From Squalus acanthias (Eukaryota), in contig CM059432.1 of assembly GCA_030390025.1 (NCBI GenBank), positions 22,074,001 through 22,138,000 of the forward strand: a DNA stretch of 64,000 nt. The letters run 5' to 3'. Shown one piece after another: positions 51,355-64,000 of the stretch (the stretch's first letter is position 1; every line of letters begins with the position of its first letter). The notes under the pieces were generated by a model. The model worked only from the letters and a program-made list of their open reading frames with translations. It was not told where the DNA came from and did no database searches. The translations under genes were made by a program, and so were the position numbers.

Positions 51355-51790
51355 GAAACATAAACATAGAAGATAGGAGCAGGAGTTGGCCATTTGGCCC
51401 CTCGAGCCTGTTCCGCCATTTAATGAGATCATGGCTGATCATCCAAATTCAGTACCCTGTCCCTGCTTTCTCCCCATATCCCTTGATCCCTTTAGTTAAG
51501 AAATATATCTAACTCCTTCTTGAATATATTTAATGAATTGGACTCAACTACCTTCTAGGGTAGAGAATTCCACAGGTTCATCACTCTCTGGGTGAAGAAA
51601 TTCCTCCTCATCTCAGTCCTAAATGGCTTACCCCTTATCCTTAGTCTGTGACCCCTGGTTCTGGACTCCCCCACCATCGGGAACATCCTTCCTGCATCTA
51701 GTCTGTCTAGTCCTGTTAGAATTTAATAAGTTTCAATGAGATCCCCTCTCATTCTTCTAAACTCTAGCGAATATAAGCCTAATCGACCCT
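51355..51790 (-). mobile_element. Young CR1 3' fragment
   Basis: Reverse complement closely matches 23190-23632, including the tail. Confidence 0.92.
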
Positions 51791-52025
51791 GCTTGAAGAT
51801 GGGCATGTGAGGACCTTAGCTGTGGGTAGAATCAGTTGAAGTATGATGTCCCCAAGGTTAAATAACTTGCCAACACTCATTGTCAAAGTGTATACATGAA
51901 AAAAGACCACTTCAGTGAGGCACCAGGTTGCTACTGGCACCCTTGGGCCCACATCCCAGCATGAATCATGAGAGGAACTGAAGGATACAGGCTCCAGGGG
52001 AGCTAGTTGATTTAGGTTCAATCAA

Positions 52026-52111
52026 GACCCTTAAAAGGAGCTGGATTAATATCTGATGAGAATTCTCCATCATTTTCTCATCAGATGTTAATCCAGCTCC
52101 TTTTAAGGGTC
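52026..52111. repeat. Inverted repeat: 37-bp arms, 12-nt loop
   Basis: 52026-52062 versus 52075-52111, with one mismatch (a U-G pair on the plus strand). Confidence 0.95.
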
Positions 52112-53254
52112 CAGAGTGGTAATAGCACTACATGACATTATTCATGAGAAGTCGGGGGAGAGGAAGACGTGATAGAAAAAGTATACACGAGCTCTAAAAG
52201 GCCGAATAGCTTTTTCTCACATCAGACTGCCTTGTGTTCTTATAAATCATCGGCTTTAGGAATTTATGGAACAGGAGAGAAAAAAAATTATCCTTTAAGC
52301 TTATGTATTAACTCTCCATGTTATATAGCTACTTGCATGTTTCAGTGATAATAGTGTAATTAATGACTTGGGATAACAATAAGGTAAAGCTATTTTTATA
52401 ATCAATTTTCTTCTCACTACTGCCTTTAACCAGGTAAGCCATCAGGGAGACTAGATGAGCTGGGATAGCTGCCACTCAGAGTTATGTTGGTAGTACCACA
52501 GACCTGTTGCCATCAATCGAGATGAGGCAGCTCAGAAACACAATGAGCAATCTGCATGCAAAAAGAAAATTATATATCATGTTCTTCTCATGTAATCCTG
52601 CTTTAAAATGGTAAAATAATGCCCTCATTCTATCCTCTTCCGAATGCTATTATTCATTATGATGATATCATAATTACCTCTCGGTCTTCAATCATTGTGG
52701 TGTCCACTCAGCTTGTAACTCACCCGCATTAATTTCATAAATTGAAATAATGTATACATTATAAGTGGGTATGGATGGTAGAGAGTAAGTAAAAGGCTGT
52801 AATTTAATATTGGAGTTCAGACGTGGTCCATAAATTATTATGTCATATGAATCAGTAGAGTACATTGAGCCTTATTACTCATCCCCAATCATTCACAGTC
52901 CTACCTTTTAAGTCCATGCAGGATCAATGGAAACCTGTTAGCAGCTGCTTGTCTTCTTGGTTGGATCACAATGGTTCCAATAAGAAAGAAATCCAAATAT
53001 TGATTCCCCTCATCTTTTCTCCTACTCTTTTTAACATCGGTGGTATCCTACACAATGAACCTTAGATCTTCACCTAAGATTCTCAATTTGAAGAAGCCAT
53101 CATATCCCTTAGTGAGATAACAACTGTGCAAGTATTGCAGCGACTAAGCATCTATCAGTGGAATTTCTCCGTCTGCGCTATAGTCATTGAGGAAGTTGAT
53201 GCATCTGTTTCCTTCACTAGTCACGTTCCATGGCTGAGGTATGCATTAGAATTA

Positions 53255-53835
53255 CATAAAATTACATGAAATATACAGCATAGAAACAGGCCATTCGGCC
53301 CAACTAGTCCATGCCCATGTTTATGCTCCACACGAGCATCCTCCAACCCTACTTCATCTAACCCTATCAACATATCCTTCTATTCCTTTCTCCCTCATGT
53401 GTTTACTTAGCTTCCCCTTAAATGTATCTGTGCTATGTGCCTCAACTACTTCTTGTGGTAGCGAGTTCCACATTCTAACCACTCGATGAGTAAAGATAGT
53501 TCTCTTGAATTCTCTATTGGATTTATTAGTGACTATCTTAGAATATGGTCCCCGAGATTTAGTCTCCCCTAAAAGTGGAAGCATCTTCTCTACATATACC
53601 CAATCAAAACCTTTCATAATCTTAAAGAACATTATCAGGTCACCGCTCAGTCTTCTCTTTTCTAAAGAAAAGAACTCGAGCTTGTTCAATCTTTCAGTTC
53701 TGGTATCATCCTTGTAAATCTTTTTTTCACCTTCTTCAGTGCTCCATATGCTTTTTATAATATGGAGATTAAAGCTGTGCACAGTACTTCAAGTGCGGTC
53801 TAACCAAGGTTCTATACAAGTTTAACATTATGGCC
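53255..53835 (-). mobile_element. Older CR1 3' fragment
   Basis: Peptides LYRTLVRPHLKYCAQ; ERLNKLEFFSLEKRRLSGDLI...FTHRVVRMWNSLP. Confidence 0.88.
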
Positions 53836-53869
53836 TCTGGCAGCACTATCCTGATATTATGTTGTGTGC

Positions 53870-55335
53870 TGGAGAGTGCTGTAGATAAAATCCACAGAGA
53901 CCTTCTGTCGACCTGAAGGACACAACTGCCAGACTGAGTCTTCATCTGGTGGTGAGGGAGCAAACATAAGGTAGTAACCTATTTGACTTCATCCTCATCA
54001 ATCTAGCTATTGCAGACATGTCTGTATATGATAGCATTATTAGGAGTGACCACCACACAGTCTTTGTAAAGACAACGTCATGACTCCACAAGGATATCCT
54101 CCATTGTATAGTGTGGCACTCCCATTGTGCTAAGTGGGACAGACTAAGGACAGATATTAAAAAAGCAAAATACTGCGGATGCTGGAAATCTGAAATAAAA
54201 ACAGAAACTGATGTAAATACTCAGCAGGTCAGGCAGCATCTGTGGAGCGAGAAACAGAGTTAACGTTTCAGGTCGATGACCTTTTGCCTGAAACGTTAAC
54301 TCTGTTTCTTGCTCCACAGATGCTGCCTGACCTGCTAAGTATTTCCAGCATTTTCTGTTTTTATTAAGGACAGATATTACAGCCCAAAACTGGGCATTCA
54401 TAAGGAGCTATAGGCCATCAGCAACATCAGAATTGCAAAGCACCATAATCTGTAACCTGATGGCCCTGCACATTCCTCACTTCTTGATCACCATCAAGCA
54501 AGGTGATCAACTCTGGTTCAATGGGTAGTGTAGAAGAGAATTCCAGGATGGCACCAAGCATACCTTAGTATGGACTACAAATAGGTCTACCTCCATGTTA
54601 AACACTAAAAGCAATAGACTATAGATAAAGTTGAGCAGCCCCACCACCAGCGGATACGAGCAAAGCTCTGCAACCCAAGTACATCCAGTCGAGAATGGTG
54701 GTGGACAACTATGCAACTAACAGGAAGAGGAAGCCCCAGGAATATCCCCATCCTCAACTATAATAGACCCCAGCATATGAGTGCAAGAGACAAGGCTGAA
54801 GTGATTCCAAGTGCTTTAGCCAAACGTGCAAAATGACTGGCTTATTTGGCTTCCTCCCGAGATTCCCACCCATCATACATACCAGTTTCCAGCCAATTTA
54901 GTTCACTCCAGATGATATTAAGAAGTGACTGAATTCACTGGACACAGTGAAAGCTATGGGCCCTGACAACATTCTGGCTGTATGTACACCAGAGCCAGCT
55001 TCCCCTTCAGCCAAGCTGATCCAGTACATATGTAACACTGGCATCAATTTGACACTGTGGAAGATTGCCCAGGTATGTCTTATCCACAAAAAAACAGAAT
55101 GAATCTAACCCCAATCATTGGTAAATTGATGGACGGAATCAACAAAAGTGCCACCAAGTGACACCTATTTACAGATGCTTAATTCAGGTTCCACCAGAGT
55201 CACTTAGCTTCAAACCTCATTGTTGCCTTGATCCAGACATTGATACAAGAGCTGAATGCCAGAGTAAAGATTAGAAGAAGTGCCCCTGACATCAAAACAG
55301 CCTTCGACAGAATATGGCATCAAGGAGTCCTAGAA
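53870..55335 (+). mobile_element. Highly decayed internal fragment of the 42436-45292 LINE family
   Basis: Collinear with 42920-44185 (GAGTGACCAC, GAATATCCCCATCCTCAA, GGGCCCTGACAACAT, DIKTAFDRIWHQG). Confidence 0.8.
54160..54364. mobile_element. Penelope-like fold-back insert (inverted terminal repeats)
   Basis: 15-bp TSD TAAGGACAGATATTA (54145-54159, 54365-54379); arms about 54195-54273 and 54287-54364 are inverted copies. Confidence 0.85.
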
Positions 55336-55450
55336 AAACAGAGAGATGCCCGCACAATCATGCCTAAAACAAACCAATTGCATAAAAATTCAGTGTCTGT
55401 GATCTTCACAGGTACAATTGATGCGTTGGTATAACAGAGGATAATTCTAA

Positions 55451-56189
55451 GGGGGAAAAATTTGGTTGGTTAGCGCCTCCCATTAGCACCTCCAAGGGCG
55501 GCAATTTTAGCGCTGCTCGCAAAATTGACCAGTCATTTTGCGGCGGCGCTAAACACTACCGCCACAATCTCCTGCACCCACAGATCGTGACATCAGTCGA
55601 GTGTGCAACGCCCTGGTAGCGCCCCGGACCAGATATTGAGTCGCGCCCCCTGCCTTAGCGCCTGCTGCTAGGAACGACAGGTAGAGGGGAACGTTTTCAA
55701 GTCGGGAGGAGGCTGGGGGAGCGCTATTTAAAGGCGGGCGCTTCCTGCCTTTTCTTGTCGGCAAGATTTTTGGCACACGCAGGTTGAGAGGGAGAGAGAC
55801 GTTTGGAAAGATTTAATGCTGTCCTAAGGAGTTTTGGTCCTCAGCACCACTTTTGAGGTTCCTAAGCACCAAGATTCAAGACTGCAATGAGCAGGGTGTG
55901 GCTGGCCAGCAAGATGGCCCATCCCCTTTAAGAACTGGACGGCACCAGTCTGTCTAGCTTCCATGGTAACTGACAGCGCCTGAGATTCGGTAGCGTTCTG
56001 AGGTAGCACCTCGCTCCCCGATGTTTGCGCCTTAAGGCAGGTGTGTAGCACTTGATTTAGCGCTCAAATCACCTCCAGGGGCGATAGAGGTGAATTTTGT
56101 AGTCGGAGGCGATAATTAGCGTCGGGCAGTAAACTTTGTGCCCGGCCGATATTAGCGCCCCAAAATGGGCGATACCCAAATTTTCCCCC
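55451..56189 (-). mobile_element. Non-autonomous internal-deletion derivative of the Harbinger B family (739 bp, inverted)
   Basis: TIR GGGGGAAAA.TT at both ends; TAA TSD (55448-55450, 56190-56192); halves are homologous to 29100-29451 and 25285-25600. Confidence 0.92.
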
Positions 56190-56995
56190 TAAGTGTTTAA
56201 ACACAGATGCAATTTGTGAATACACCAGTATGAGATTGAATTAGCAGAAGGACCTCTGTTTTTTTTGCTCCTAAATTCTTCTGAAAGGATAATGCGTCAT
56301 CCTCAAGATTCTTCCTCAGTTCTCTTTCTGCTGCTTTAAGGTAGCTGTTGACAAAATGAATATATTCTATCAACAAATGACATTGCAGCAAATCACTGAT
56401 ATGGTGAAAGAACTCTGTTGATGCAGTATTTAACCCTGCTTCATTTATGCTGTATATTACACAATTATGACACTGTTATTAGCTGGACAAAATGGCTAGT
56501 TTATTTATTTTAAGCAGGTAGCTGCCTAATTGGTTTCATCAATATTTTAATCATTGTGCAGTAAGTAATGCATTATGCCTGTGATAAATTAAGACTGAAA
56601 AATTCAAGTTTGCACTCAGCATGCCAAAAGTAATGTTTATATAGAGATAAACATTCTGTCATGGTGCTAAAGGAGTTGGGTGGTAATGTTATCAAAGAAC
56701 ACTGGCGCTATGTTTTTGTTTTATTATAAATGTCTTATTTTTGAAACAATAAAGAAGGCATCAGCATTGCCTTCACTGAACAGCAGTCACATATCTGCAA
56801 TACATCGAAATCTTGCAGTCACGCTCAGAAGCCTCCACTTGCATATGCCACCCTCTCACTGGTTTGCACATATCTGCAGCAGCGGAATTTGGTATACTGA
56901 ACAATTCTTGTGACACTTCCAGAATCAGCTGTATTCTTGAATGCTATGCTTGATGATGTGTATTACATTATTGCTCAATGTCTTTGGAGTTGTTG

Positions 56996-57338
56996 TGTCA
57001 GCTGTGGCTCAGTGGGTAGCACACTCGCCTCTGAGTCAGAAGGTTGTGGGTTCATAGTCCCACTCCAAGGACTTGAGCACATAAAACTGGGCTGACACTC
57101 CAGTGCAGTGCTGAGGGAGTACTGCACTGTTGGAGGTGCCGTCGTTCAGATGAGAACATTAAAACAAGGCCCTGTCTTCTCTCTCAGGTGGATGTAAAAG
57201 ATCCCATGGCACTATCTTGAAGACGAGCAGGGGTGTTATCCCCGGTGTCCTTGCCAAAAAGAACTTCATTGGCGGTAAAGCGCTTTGAGACATCCGGTGG
57301 TCGTGAAAGGCACTATATAAATGTAAGTCTTTCTTTTT
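56996..57338 (+). mobile_element. DeuSINE with internal deletion
   Basis: Head nearly identical to 35518; jumps from GTCCTTGCCAA to the tail. Confidence 0.88.
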
Positions 57339-60300
57339 GTTGGGGTGTATGATGACCGGCACAGACACGATGGATCGAATGGCCTCCTTCTGCACCGTAA
57401 ATTTCTATGATTTGTGAATATGAGACAGTATTCAGGTCTCGGATGAAATTGGAACTGGTAAAGGGTTAAGAATTGTTTTGGGAAAAGAAGAATCTAACAT
57501 GAAACAGGAAACAGCTCTGTGAATGCAGCTTTACCCTTGGAGAAGAGGTGGGATTTACATTTAAACTCAGATGGAATAGTGAGTCCAAGCACAAAAATCT
57601 ACATAGGACAAAGCACAGAGGTGGTAGTTGCTGGTTGGACTTGAGAGACGTCAAGAATTGAAAGAACAAAGATTCTCATTGTACATCAAAGAGCATGGAG
57701 GAGATCAAACTGTAGCAAATCATCCATTGCATTACTACAAGGATGAGTTTGTATGCAGCAAGTGCTCGCAATCTAAGGAAAGTCAATAGTGTCAATGGAG
57801 TCATTGGTAAAGGGTGAATAGACTAGGATGATAAGTAGAACAGATATGGAGAACGAACAGACTGGGAGAGTGAACAGAGAACAAGGCTCTAGGAAACACC
57901 TGACTTAATTTGTAATTGCTTGCTACAACAATGTGTATTATATCAGTTTTTAATTTGCTATGGTGGATTTTGTAAATTAACTGGGTTACAATGCCTGAGA
58001 ATATTAGTAAAGTCAAAAAAAGTTCAGAAATAACTGCCCAAAAGACCATCCTGAGACCATTTGCATGGCAAGAACTGACTGACAAAAGCAATAATCTTCA
58101 GAAGATGGCAGGGGGGAGAAGTATTCCTTTTTAACTATGTTTTTGAGAGAATTACTAAAATTGTTTTGATGGATTGTATGTTTCTGTAATTCTGCATTGT
58201 ATGGAAAATTCAGCATCAGCAATTTACAACAGCATTTTGGCAAATGCTATTTGATAGAGACACGTTTGAATTTTGGAAGCTGATAGAAAGATTCAGAAGG
58301 CAAAGTATTAATATTGACATGACAATCAAATAAATCCAGAGGGAAAATTTTCACACATGGCATGTAATTAAGATAGTTATCTTATCAGCAGTGTTGACAA
58401 TTATTCACCAAATCATATTTTTGGAAAGCATTTAAAAGGAACAATGATGGATCTGTATGATTGACCAAGCAGTGATTTGTTTTCAAGTGCAAGGGTTTAT
58501 ATTATTTTATAATGGGAATTCCACTGTAACTGGGAGACTATATTTTCAAGTACATTGGAAATACATTTTATGTGTTTTTTTTATAGCACTAGCGTTTACA
58601 GTACTTAATTATCACAATCGTTATCAGCATCATAAACAAATAGATAACTTTAGAGAAGGCGGTGAAATTTCTTGTAAAATTTCTTTTAAAAATCCCAGTG
58701 TTTCATTAAGTCTTCTCGTGGACTTCTGCTCCTACACCTTCTGTTTCTACTCCTTAATTGTCTTCATACAGCACAACTCTCTTCTTCAGTTGTCAGTGTA
58801 AACCTCCAGATGCAAATCTTCCCAGCTGACTAGCAGACCACAGCACGATGGGAACAAACCCAACTTAGAAATTAGATTTGATGCCCAACAAGCCCTGGCT
58901 ATGTGTGAGTGAGATCCATGGATCTGTCTGGGATGCTCTTCTACAGCTAACCATGGAATGATGTTTATCTGGGTGGAATGGGCACAATTTACAGTACATT
59001 GTACCAGAAAATCAAAGTTAAACTTAATGGACAGGTCTAATGGTTGAAATCTTCAAAATATTAGCAAATCTCAATTCTCTGCTACATTTTCTTCAATTCA
59101 GTTGAAGAAAATGACTCTTTTGATGAGAAAGCTGGACATATTTTTCAGTGTGAAATAGCATTCTGTTAGTACTGAAACATACGGGCCAAGGAGGTCCAAG
59201 GTTCAATCAGTGGTAGAGCTGCTACAATTGACTTTGATGCCTGGACAAAGGAGCAAAAAGAAATCAAACAACTCTGATTCTGGTTTTAAGTTGCCACTGC
59301 GAGAAAATACCCTGGTGAGGTAGGATGTCACTGTGCCTTGTATAGCTTTGCAACTAGATGAGGTGAAAAGTATATACTCCCCCTCCAACTGCCCCAGCTA
59401 AACTCTGATGCCTCACCTAAGTGGGCATTTTTCATGTGTGAACGTAGACAGTGAGCATCAGCAGGGATTTTGAGTGTGAAAAGTCACCCAGATTCTATCC
59501 ACGCATGCATGCTTTGCAGTAGGATTCACTGGGACACAGAGGTCAATTGTAGGACCTCTACCTCCTCCATGGCTGAGCTTAGCTAACTGAGCATATTCGG
59601 GCAACAAGCGACAGTTTGATTGAGGATGCTATCCTCAATGGCAGAAACAGAACAGATGAGGATGCTGCCGCTAAATGCTGAACAACCCTTTAATAAGCAG
59701 TTGATGCTGGCACTATTTTGAAATCAGCCCGAGTCCACAGGAGTCAGCCATAACTATCCTAAATTTACAAAATTAATCTGGAATTGGCAAGTAGATTGTG
59801 AAGGAGAAAAGCAACCACAGCATTGAAATCCAGAAGCTACTGAGGAGACTGGGCTTTTTATGTGAACGTATTCTGTTTAGAGTATGATGGTGATCTCTGC
59901 TTTGCAGAGAGTCATAAAATGCGGTTTATGTGGGAATTGTAAAAGCAATCCCATCTCTTTAATAGTTTCTTTGTAGCAGCATGCTCAGACTAGCAAAAAA
60001 TATCCTTTACCTTGGGCACTTTTTATTATTGTTTAATAACATCTTGATTGCGTATTGCGAAGTGCTGGCAATCCCAAAATAGTGTTTGCTCAATAGTCTC
60101 AATGTATCGTGTATATCTAATCTCAAGGACAGTGTGCCCATTTTATGTAAGTTGGCAATTAAGGGTACATTGTATTACAGCTTGATGTCTCCCCTGTAGT
60201 GGAAAAATTAGACCCTGAAGAGCAATATTCAGCTTTTTATAGCACCTTCATACATTGGTTCTTTTAATGCAAGAATGTTTTATTGCCCTAATGTACTAGA

Positions 60301-60829
60301 ACAACTGTGAGGAAAAAATAGTTCAGACAAGGCACTCTATTCAAAATATTTCAGCTCCATATATTTTTTTTCTGTACCTAGTGCTGGAATAGATTAGTCT
60401 CTGGTGTATCGATGCTTTCTATTTATTTGCTTAGCTATTTCCACAAAAATAGCTATTTTTTTTCCAACTTTCTTACTTATTCTGTCTCTCCGTCTAATTC
60501 ACAACCTCTCTCGCTCCAGCCATCCATCCACCGCAATACTGAGAGAATACTGCATTATTGGAGATGCCATCCTTTTAATGAGGTTAAATCAAGGCCCTGC
60601 CTGTTCAGATGTTAAAGATCCCAAGACACTTTTTGAAGAAGAACAGTGGGATCTTCGGGTGTCCCAGTCAACATTCCATTCTTCAAGCCATGACATGAAG
60701 AGGAGTTTAATATGACAATCAAATAATTGAATTGGCTGTTTGTAGGTCTTGCCGTGTGCAAAATGAGTGCTGCATTTGTCTACATGACAACAGTCACTGC
60801 AGTTCAAAGTATTTAATTGCGTGAAGCTC

Positions 60830-61410
60830 CAATGGCTAAGTCGGGAATTCCTGTCCTATCCTCTATCCTGTTTGTAGATCAAAAAGATGTCAGGTTTGAA
60901 TCCTATTCTGTTATGAGTTAGCTGATCGCAGTCAAAGCATCAGTGACTACATTGATCTCAGTGACCATGGGCCCATTAACAACAAAATCAGTGAGTGCTC
61001 TCGACCCTGATCCCTTTCTAATGCTCTGTGGTGGAAAGGATGCAGGTGCAGATGTGGATGTTATGTGAGGGCAGAACAGGTTTCTAATCTCCTATATGGT
61101 CAAATTTCTTGTTGCTGCACACTGTCAAACCTAACACTCTCAGACAGCCCACTTAATTGAGGTACTGGAGGGAAGTCGCACCCATGAAACCAATGTTCCC
61201 CCTAATTTTTTTTTTGGGAGCGTGATCCCTTTAACGGGCTGCGCAGCCCATTCAAAATTTCTCGCATGGCCGGAATCTCCCATTGAAAAGCCAGTGTGCG
61301 GCCTGCGCAGGACCTCCAGACAGCTGCAAGGCCACGCAGCTTAGCAGGAGCGTTGCATGGAACCATATCCCAGCAAAATCAGCACCTTCAGGAGAGCAAT
61401 GAACAAAAAG
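60830..61410 (+). repeat. Degenerate interspersed repeat, probably a third SINE family (related pieces at ~31085-31260, ~48120-48430 and ~59390-59590 on the minus strand)
   Basis: Shared motif CCCAGCA..AGTCA.CACCTTC and a tRNA-like GTTTGAATCC; family not identified. Confidence 0.5.
61191..61355 (+). mobile_element. Short hAT-type MITE
   Basis: Ends CAATGTTCCCCCTAA / TTAGCAGGAGCGTTG; 8-bp TSD CATGAAAC/CATGGAAC. Confidence 0.78.
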
Positions 61411-61675
61411 GGGATAAAATTGGGGAAAACACATTAGGTGGCTTCCATGCATAGGGGTAGACATTTTTCCTCACTGCTTATATTACAACAGTGACTACAC
61501 TTCAAAAGTAATTCATCCCCCAAAGCTATAGTAGGAGATTGGAAGAACTCCACGGAATTCTACCCCGAAAGCATTGTACTTCTGCTGCCTGTATTTCCTA
61601 TTCCTCCACTTTTTTTCCCCCCATTTTCATACTTTCTTCTGTTGCTTATTTTTTATTTTTTAAATCTGATATTTT

Positions 61676-62399
61676 GGGCTGGATTTTCAATGACCCGCGG
61701 AGTCGGGTTTGGAGGCGTGTGGGGGGTTAAAGTTGCAGATTCGTGGGTCCCGACCCCATCCCGCCTCCACGCAATTTTGACAAAATCAGTCGCGGGGTTC
61801 CTGACTCCGTCCCGCCTCCAATAGGTGGGAGAGGCCATTAAAGTCCTTAACAAGCCCTAAATTGGCTCTGTAATGCCATTTTGAAATGTTTTAGCTAGTT
61901 TAACCCTTTTCCGACGTGAAGTACACCTGATGTGAAACACTCCAGTGAAACCTGGCGGGAGCACAAGTGGATAGCTGACTATCAGCTGCAGGTCCACTTT
62001 TACAACGGAGATGTGATGAAGGTAGTAGTATTAGGTCTGAAAGAAAGTCGCCTCTGATGCTGCTGCATTGAATGTCTTCAGAGACTGCCTGGCCTTGCTG
62101 TGAGAGGACATGGAAAAAAATTCTCTCTCTCTCTCTCTCTTTTTTTGCATCCAGGTCCACTCACAGCAAAAGGCAGGCAATCTCTGAGACCAGGCAGTCT
62201 CTGCAATGATGACATCATCAGAGGCGACCTTCAGACTGAAACCACTAATTGGTTCATGGGTTCCCACATGCTGGAACTCAATTGCCCAATTAAGTTAAAA
62301 TTGCATCATTCATCCACATTAATCTGGAGTCGGGGGGGGGGGGCAACACGAAATGCGGATCACACGACCCCAACCCGACCCCAAGACAAAATCCAGCCC
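61676..62399 (-). mobile_element. Harbinger-type MITE, inverted sister of 29781-30540
   Basis: TIR GGGCTGGATTTT; reverse complement collinear with 29781-30540. Confidence 0.9.
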
Positions 62400-62486
62400 A
62401 TAATCTATCCAGGCTAATTTTTCTTCTGCCAAAAATTATCCTTAAAACATTTCACTTACTTGTTTTCTTCCTCCTCACTCCAACAA

Positions 62487-62850
62487 GGGAATGGTAGCAT
62501 AGTGGTAATGTTACTGGACTAGTAATCCTAAACCTGGACTAATAATTCAGTGATTAAGAATTCAAGTCCCACCACTAACAGCTGAGGAATTTAAATTCAG
62601 TTAATTAAATAAATCTGGATTAAAAAGTAATGGTGACCATAAAACTATCAGATTGTTGTAAAAACTCATCTGATTCACTAATGTCCTTTAGGAAAAGAAC
62701 ATCTGCTGTCTTTACCTATATGTAACTCCAGACCCACGGCAATGTGGTTGATTCTTAACTGCCCTCTGAAATGGACTGGCAAGTCACACAAGAACAATTA
62801 GGCATGAGCAATAAATGCTAGCGACACCCACATCCTGTGAATAAATAAAA
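62487..62850 (+). mobile_element. Full-length tRNA-headed SINE (Meta/MESC-like core) ending in the LINE-family 3' UTR
   Basis: Head and core are collinear with 42436-42719; the tail CAATTAGG...GCAATAAATGCT...CCCACATCC matches 45220-45290. Confidence 0.85.
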
Positions 62851-63114
62851 TCTGTCCATTTTGGAAGTGGGTGCAGCATCCAAAAGTTGGACTTCTGATG
62901 ACCTAAAATTATCTCGAATTGAGCACATTTATAGCAGCAATTGATTGCAAAAAAATTCAATGATTGCTAGTGCCACATTTCAAAAGTGTCCATTCAGTAA
63001 TGAGGGTTAACATTTGGCAGTAGAGATTGACAGCAATAATATATGGTTTGTATATTGCTAATGTGTGGACCGATTTACTGCTCACTCAGTAGGTTCTTTG
63101 CTGCTAAGCATCTT

Positions 63115-63620
63115 TACAACAACAGCAGCAACTTGGATTTATATAGCAGCTTTAATGTAGTGAAACATCCCAAGGCACTTCACAGGAGCGTTACCAAACA
63201 AAATTTGACACCGATCCACATAAGGAGATATTAGGACAGGTGACCAAAAGCTTGGTCAGAGAGGTAGGTTTTAAGGAGCGTGTTAAAGGAGGAGAGAGAG
63301 GTAGAGAGGCGAAGAGGTTTAGGGAGGGAATTCCAGTGCTTAGGGCCTTGTCAGCTGAAGGCACGGCCACCAATGGTGGAGCAGAAGGTTACAGAGACAG
63401 GGAGGGGTGAGGTCATGAAGGGATTTGAAAACAATGTTGAGAATTTTAAAATCGAGGCGTTGCCGGACCGGGAACCAATGCAGGTCAGCGAGCACAGGGG
63501 TGACGGGTGAATGGGACTTGGTGTGAGTTCGGATACGGGCAGCAGAGTTTTGGATGAGCTCAAGTTTATGGAGGATGGAAGATGGGAGTCGGGCCAGGAG
63601 AGCATTGGAATAGTCAAGTC
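63115..63620 (-). mobile_element. L2 LINE 3' fragment
   Basis: Homologous to 45293-45780; (CAA)n-type tail at 63115-63130. Confidence 0.85.
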
Positions 63621-64000
63621 CAGACTACATTCACTTCTGCCTAAAGCTTCTTACTAAACACACTGACTATAGAAGTGGTTTGAAGTGGCTTTGTATTTAT
63701 GCAAAGCATGTGAGTTTCCTGTTTTAACAGCTAGAAAGAATGTAACAATTGCAGAAAATAATGACTTTCACATCTAAATATAGACACATGAAAAAAATAT
63801 ATAATAGTGTAGTCCAGATTCAATGGCTGTTTAGGTCAAATTCAGTAATTTTACCTCTTGTACCTAAGCATAAAAGTAAATACTCTTTTTTTCAATGTTT
63901 GGGTTATTAGTGTAGAATTGTGGCAGAAGATTTTGTGATTGATCACAAATGAATATTGTTGGTTAATAAAACCAAGCAAATTACCTATAATTTTATTTTG

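Noticed and set aside
56197..56391. Possible coding exon YLKAAERELRKNLEDDALSF
   Set aside because: The acceptor is plausible but the donor is weak, and there is no recognisable homolog or partner exon.

Overview
This is eukaryotic (vertebrate) DNA that is rich in repeats. The repeat families (CR1 LINEs with esterase ORF1, L2, SacSINE1-like DeuSINEs, Penelope-like termini) point to a cartilaginous fish, probably a shark; this is an inference. I recognise no intact host protein-coding gene. From 14.1 to 30.5 kb the window is an almost continuous nest of transposons. Harbinger A (spliced Myb/SANT gene plus convergent DDE transposase) is broken by three CR1 copies, a 1.58-kb solo LTR and a MITE. 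Next to it is a structurally complete 4,167-bp Harbinger B (TIRs, TAT TSD, 3-exon Myb gene, transposase with two lesions), and its non-autonomous derivative lies at 55.5 kb. The most unusual item is a single 2.86-kb insertion at 42436-45292, in which a tRNA-derived Pol III SINE head is fused to an APE-RT LINE body; short SINEs in the window share both of its ends. Other notable items are Penelope-type fold-back inserts with hammerhead-ribozyme vestiges and 15-bp TSDs, a 37-bp hairpin, and weak evidence for a minus-strand multi-exon host transcript.
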